NCBI GenBank assembly: GCA_964106915.2
Contig: OZ066915.1
Source: Podarcis gaigeae
Lineage: Eukaryota
DNA: 64,000 nt
Direction: 5' to 3' (one strand)
Position 1 is the stretch's first letter. Each line of letters starts with the position of its first letter. Below the pieces are notes generated by a model. That model did no database searches, was not told the DNA's origin, and was given only the letters and a program-made list of their open reading frames with translations. Of this stretch, positions 58,781 through 64,000 are shown one piece after another. A program made the position numbers and the translations under genes.

Positions 58781-58847
58781 AGTGCAAATGTAAACATTTC
58801 TCGTTATAAATTAAAAAATAAATAAATTACTTGAAAAGTGCAGTGCA
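58781..58847 (-). promoter_or_regulatory. MAP3K12 3'UTR cluster of miRNA seed matches and an AU-rich element
   Basis: Minus strand TGCACTG, GCACTTT, ATTTATTTA, TGTTTACA, TTGCACT within 67 nt. Confidence 0.6.
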
Positions 58848-59735
58848 TGTTGGTGCCAGCAGGAGAGAAATGGAGCAGGTTTCCCCCCCATTCCACCATT
58901 GGAATGGGCCACATCTAGAGTGTGTGTGTGTGTTCGTGTGTGTGTCTGTGTGTGTGTGTACACATATATACAGTATGGGAGGGAGGGAGGAAGGAAGGAA
59001 GGAAGGACTGTTGGAAGAGAAGAGGGCTTGTTGCGCTCAGGCTTTGGTTGTTACTTTCGGGGAGGGCTATATTGGGGGCAAGGGGAAGGAAAACAACTTA
59101 TTCCCAAGCTCTGGGTAGGGGGAGGTTTCCGTGCTGACTGTGGCCCAAACATGCATTGAGTCCAGATCAGAAACAGTCTGGCACCTGGAATGTGCCTGGT
59201 CCAGCTAAGATGTTTGAGCCTTGCCAGTGCGCTGAGAGCTCCTTGCCGCTTCCTTTGGTAGAAGAACGCACCATTCCCCAGCCCGGGTCTTCTCTCTCTG
59301 CCCACAGGCCCATCGCTTACTCCCTGGGCCTGGTTAGAGCTCGTTGGTCCTCAGCCGGGGCCCACAATGTCCAGGACTCATGAGGCAGCAGAACAGAAGG
59401 GATTGACTCTGCTTTCTGTGTGTATCGAAGGCCTCTCCTGCTTAGTTGCGGGGCCGACGGCTGCAGGGTTTGCGTGTCCGTTTGTTCCACGTCTCCAGCT
59501 GCCCCAAGTGAAAACTGCAAGCCCCGGTGACAGGGAAGGGGCCTTCGACCCCACAACCAGTCCAGAAGAAGGCAGGGATGAGGCGCACTGGCTCTCCTTC
59601 CAGAGATTATGAGATATATAGATTTATATAGAGCTTTTATAGATTATTTATATAAATATCTGGGGAGGTGGTCGTGGTGCAGGGAAGGGCCAGGGGTCTG
59701 TACAACCCGGGGAAGGAAAAGCCAAACCGGTGCGA

Positions 59736-59834
59736 TCACAAACTGGGCATGTCCTGAAGTCTCTGCATCTCCCCGCTGCCTGAATGGTCCAGTTCGGCAC
59801 TGTCGCAGTCCGAATCCTCGTAGGCAGCAGCGTC
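59736..59834 (-). CDS. MAP3K12: MAP3K12 (DLK) last coding exon, DAAAYEDSDCDSAELDHSGSGEMQRLQDMPSL*
   Basis: Acceptor CCTTCCAG|GAC, phase 0; EDSDCDS.ELD motif of the DLK C-terminus. Confidence 0.9.
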   Translation of the reverse strand, partial: DAAAYEDSDCDSAELDHSGSGEMQRLQDMPSL

Positions 59835-59889
59835 CTGGAAGGAGAGGGAGAGTGTGAGGAAATCGGGGCATGTGGAGAAATAATACCCA

Positions 59890-61065
59890 ATAATATAATA
59901 ATAATAATAATAATAATTTATTATTTATCCCCAGCCCACCTCGCTGGGTTTCCCCAGCCCCTCTGGGTGGCTCCCAACAAAATACTAAAAACACGATAAA
60001 ACATCAAACATTAAAAACTCCCCTATACAGGGCTGCCTTCAGAGGTCTTCTAAAAGTCAGATGCAGTGGTATCTCTGGTTACAAATGCTTCTGGTTATGA
60101 ATGCTTCAGGTTACGATCTCTGCTATCGCGGAGGTAGCTGCTCCTGGTTGCGAACTTTGTTCAGGATGCGAACGGAAATCGTGCGCAGTGGGAGGCCCCA
60201 TTAGCAAAAGTGTGCCTCAGGATAAGAACGGTTTCAGCTTAAGAACGGCCTCCGGAACGAATTAAGTTTGTAACCAGAGGTACCATTGTAGTTGTTTATT
60301 TCCTTGGCATCTGAAGGGCGGATGTCACTACCAAGAAGGCCCTCTGGTTCCCTGTAACTTCGCTTCTTGCAGTGAGGGAACTGCCAGAAGGCCCTCGGTG
60401 CTGGATCTCAGTGTCCGGGCTGAACGATGGGGGTGGAGACGCTCCTTCAGGTATACAGGACCGAGGCCGTTTAGGGTTTAAAGGTCAACAACAACACTTT
60501 GAATTGTGCTCGGAAACGTACTGGGAGCCAGTGTAGGTCTTTCAAGACCGGTGTTATATGGTGACCACTCCCAGTCACCAGTCCATCTGCCGCATTCTGG
60601 ATTAATTGTAGTTTCCAAGTCACCTTCAAAGGTAGCCCCACGTGGAACGCATTGCAGTCCAAGTGGGAGATAACTAGAGCATGCACCACCCTGGCGAGAC
60701 AGTCTGCGGGCATTGTAGGGTCTCAGCCTGTGTACCAGATGGAGCTGGTAGACAGCTGCCCTGGACACAGAATTGACCTGCACCTCCATGGACAGCTGTG
60801 AGTGCAAAATGACTCCCAGGCTGCACACCTGGTCATTCAGGGCCACAGTTACCCCATTCAGGACCAGTGAGTCCTCCACACCTGCCCGCCCCCTGTTTCC
60901 CCAAAACAGTACTTCTGCCTTGTCAGGATTCAACCTCAATCCATTAGCCGCCATCCATCCTCCAACCGCCTCCAGATACTCACACAGGACCTTTAATGCC
61001 TTCACTGGCTCTGACTTAAAAGAGAGGTAGAGCTGGGTATCATCTGCATACCGATGAACACCCAG
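59890..61065 (-). mobile_element. L2 LINE fragment (RT YADD motif to 3' end) in the MAP3K12 last intron
   Basis: HRYADDTQLYLSF...WMAANGLRLNPDK; frameshifted; interrupted by a MITE. Confidence 0.92.
60064..60288 (+). mobile_element. Tc1/mariner MITE nested in L2
   Basis: CAGTGGTATCTC...GAGGTACCATTG; L2 sequence resumes on both sides. Confidence 0.8.
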
Positions 61066-61248
61066 CATGAGGCCACCTGTGGCCCTGAATTGGGCTGCAA
61101 GGAAAAAGCTTTAACCAATGCTCTGCTGGATCAGGCCCGTCCCTCATCCAGCATCCTGTTCTTACAGTGGCCAACGAGATGTCTGAGGAAAGAACGCAAG
61201 CAGGACATCATTGCGACAACACTCCCCTCAATCTGGTATTTAGAAGTA

Positions 61249-61621
61249 CAGTGGTGCCTCGCAAGACGAAATTAATTCGTTCCACAAGTTTTTTCGTCTT
61301 GCGAGTTTTTCGTCTTGCGAAGCATGGTTTCCCATAGGAATGCATTAAAAATCAATTAATGCGTTCCTATGGAAACCGCCTTCAGACCAGGTCCGGGGAC
61401 AGTCGGTCCCCCAACCTCTTCTGAAGGTCGGAGGGGGGCGAAAGGCTTTGCTCCCCACCGCCAGCATTTAAAATAGGTCCCCGGAGATTTCCCTATGGGC
61501 TTTCTTCTTGCGAAGCAAGCCCATAGGGAAATTCGTCTTGCGGAATGACTCAAAAACGGAAAACTCTTTCGTCTTGCGAGTTTTTCGTTTTGCGAGGCGT
61601 TCGTCTTGCGGGGCACCACTG
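61249..61621. mobile_element. Tc1/mariner (Tigger-like) MITE, TTCGTCTTGCG family
   Basis: TA-CAGTGGTGCCTCGCAAGACGAA ... TTCGTCTTGCGGGGCACCACTG-TA. Confidence 0.88.
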
Positions 61622-62003
61622 TATACCGCCTCCTGATGGTAGAGATAGAGCATAGCGGTCATAACTAGTAGCCACTGATAGACTTATCCTCCTTGAATGT
61701 ATTTAATCCTCTTTCAAAATGGCCATCGTTGCCCCTTGTGGACATGAGTTCCACAGCTTAACTATGCCCTGCATGAAGAAGTTTTTGTCTGTCCTAAATC
61801 TCCCCACATTCAGCTTCACCGGATGTTCAAACGTTGCTGTGAGAGAGGGAGAAAACCTTTTTCTGCCCACTTCCATCATACCAGTGCATACTCATCATTA
61901 AAGCTGGGATGGGGGACCTGGGACCTTCCAGATGCGACTGGACCGTGGCTCCCACTGTCCCTAGTGAGCCCAGGGCTGACGTGATTTGCAGCCCAGCAAC
62001 CTC

Positions 62004-62346
62004 GACGCGGGTGGCGCTGTGGGTTAAACCACAGAGCCTAGGGCTTGCCGATCAGAAGGTCGGCGGTTCGAATCCCTGCGACGGGGTGATCGCCCGTTGC
62101 TCAGTCCCTGCTCCTGCCCACCTAGCAGTTCGAAAGCACATCAAAGTGCAAGTAGATAAATAGGTACCGCTCTGGCAGGAAGGTAACCGGCGTTTCCATG
62201 CGCTGCTCTGGTTCGCCAGAAGTGGCTTAGTCATGCTGGCCACATGACCCGGAAGCTGTACGCCAGCTCCCTCGGCCAGTAAAGCAAGATGAGCGCCGCA
62301 ACCCCAGAGTTGGCCACAACTGGACCTAATGGCCAGGGGTCCCTTT
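62004..62346 (+). mobile_element. Sauria SINE
   Basis: GACGCGGGTGGCGCTGTGGG head, GGTTCGAATCC B-box; flanking AACCTCGA repeats. Confidence 0.9.
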
Positions 62347-62885
62347 AACCTCGAGAGGGCAGCAGGATCCTTTAAAGCAAATATTCCACACCCAGAAAAA
62401 TGAAAAAGCTAATCTTGCATGTGATCCACATTTAGGTTCCTTCTGCTAGGCACAGGGAAGGGCAAAGGGTTTGTCAGGGAGAGGGGTTGAAATCTGGCAA
62501 TCTCAGTTCTCTTTTTGGTTTGGGAATTTCCCCCCAAAAGGCGGCCCTCCTACGCAGCTTGAAATTTAATAATGTAAAAATAAAATAGTGAGCCAATCCA
62601 CTCACGAGGCTGAGTTCTGTCCGCTTCCACGTTTGCTGATGGTGCAGTCTTAGCACATTAACAACAGACCAGAAGCCAACAAAACCAGTAGGTGCAGGAA
62701 CAGGCAATGTTGGGCTGCAGGTAACCTACATTTTGGGCTTTCCTGCACCAGTAAAAGTGACCTCGCAGCCTTCTCAAAGCTCCTGCATTGCCCAGGTTCA
62801 CCACCAGGGGGAAACCCACAGGCAAAACAAAATCCCGGCAGCTGAAATGGATGCCAGCACCCTGCCATTCTCGCACTGCACCCAC

Positions 62886-63159
62886 CTCTCCAGGGTTCTG
62901 CTCGGCACTGAGCTGGCGTTTGACAAGCTGAATGGCCGCCTCCTTTTCGGACAGCCCGTCTGAGTGCCCCAGGATGTCGTCGTCCGAGCGCTCAGCATCC
63001 AGGCGTTCGTCTGTGTTGGTGCTGGCCACATCTGGCGTGCCACCGCTGTGGGATGCTGTGGTGCCCTCGCTGGCAGTGCCCTCCTCGCCATCCCCATCGG
63101 AGAAGTTCTCGGAGCTGAAAGTGGAAAGCGACTGCCGCTTGCTCATCGCCTGAGGCCAC
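62886..63159 (-). CDS. MAP3K12: MAP3K12 penultimate coding exon ([32 protein letters not shown]...STNTDER...NPGE)
   Basis: Acceptor CCCAG|G TGG, donor GAG|GTGGGT (phase 0, joins 59834); [16 protein letters not shown] and STNTDER motifs of DLK. Kinase exons lie beyond the window. Confidence 0.9.
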
Positions 63160-63313
63160 CTGGGTCAGGAGAGAGAAAATATGAAGCCCTCTGGCAACAT
63201 GGACCCATCTGATGTGTGGCAATGGGGGTGCCAGGCTACTCAACCTCACTGGCCTCCAACTCACCCACTGTGGCTAGGGCCAGATTTAGGTTTGATAAGG
63301 TCCTGATCTACTG

Positions 63314-63560
63314 AAGGTAAAGGTAAAGGGACCCCTGACCATTAGGTCCAGTTGTGGCCGACTCTGGGGTTGCAGTGCTCATCTTGCTTTACTGGCCGAG
63401 GGAGCCAGCGTACAGCTTCAGGGTCATGTGGCCAGCATGACTAAGCCGCTTCTGGCGAACCAGAGCAGCGCATGGAAACGCTGTTTACCTTCCCACCGGA
63501 GCGGTACCTATTTATCTACTTGCACTTTGACGTGCTTTTGAACTGCTAGGTTGGCAGGAG
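63314..63560 (-). mobile_element. 5'-truncated Sauria SINE
   Basis: Family core; flanking TACTGAAGGTAA duplication. Confidence 0.85.
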
Positions 63561-63651
63561 ATTACTGAAGGTAATGGGGCCCTTTATATGTCCAGCCGTC
63601 CTTTGTCAACTACAAATTGTCACTGTTTTTTTGTGTTGAATATATGCTACA

Positions 63652-63905
63652 CAGTCATACCTCGGGTTACAGACGCTTCAAGTTGCGCGATTTCAGCTTG
63701 TGCACCGCGCTGAACCTAGAAGTACCGGAACGGGTTGCTTCTGGGTTTCGGTGCTTGCACAAAACACTAAATCGCGCTTTGTACATGCGCAGAAGTGCCG
63801 AATCTCGACCCGCACATGCGGAGATGCGGCGCTGCAGGTTGTGGACGCTGTGGGTTGTGAACATGCCTCCCGCACGGATCACGTTCGCAACCCGAGCGCC
63901 CACTG
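63652..63905. mobile_element. Tc1/mariner-like MITE
   Basis: Degenerate TIRs CAGTCATACCTCGGGTT / AACCCGAGCGCCCACTG. Confidence 0.65.
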
Positions 63906-64000
63906 TCTGATAATTTATGGACCCAATAGGTATCTCAAGCCATTTGCACATAACAAATAGGAGCCTACACAACACAAAACAACAATGCAGGTTTTTGGGT

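Noticed and set aside
62658-62885. Longer MAP3K12 exon using the in-frame AAT|GTAGGT donor or reading to the ORF stop
   Set aside because: Added residues show no DLK-like character; GAG|GTGGGT at 62886 already joins the last exon in phase.

Overview
Eukaryotic (squamate, most likely lacertid lizard, inferred from the Sauria/Squam SINE and BovB repertoire) genomic window carrying the conserved vertebrate block PRR13 (+) - PCBP2 (+) - MAP3K12/DLK (-, last two coding exons and 3'UTR only). I reconstructed by hand a 156-aa PRR13 (3 coding exons) and a 360-aa three-KH-domain PCBP2 (14 coding exons, all GT-AG and phase-consistent). PCBP2 includes the LF-SINE-derived cassette exon (uc.338 orthologue), here still inside a recognisable full-length antisense LF-SINE. 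Its last intron holds one well-supported alternative terminal exon, partly hidden in a 300-N gap and ending in a PY-NLS-like ...KQRFSPY, plus a second candidate. The flanks are dense in nested TEs (BovB, L2, an L1-like tail, Sauria/Squam2/Squam3 SINEs, hAT and Tc1/mariner MITEs), while the PCBP2 body lacks recognisable young SINEs and MITEs. The most novel-looking object is a 566-bp solo LTR (TG...CA, 5-bp TSD) that carries an intact 119-codon ORF with an HMGN-like RRSARL motif. Most entries in the ORF track are non-coding noise. Family and orthologue assignments rest on recalled sequences, not database searches.
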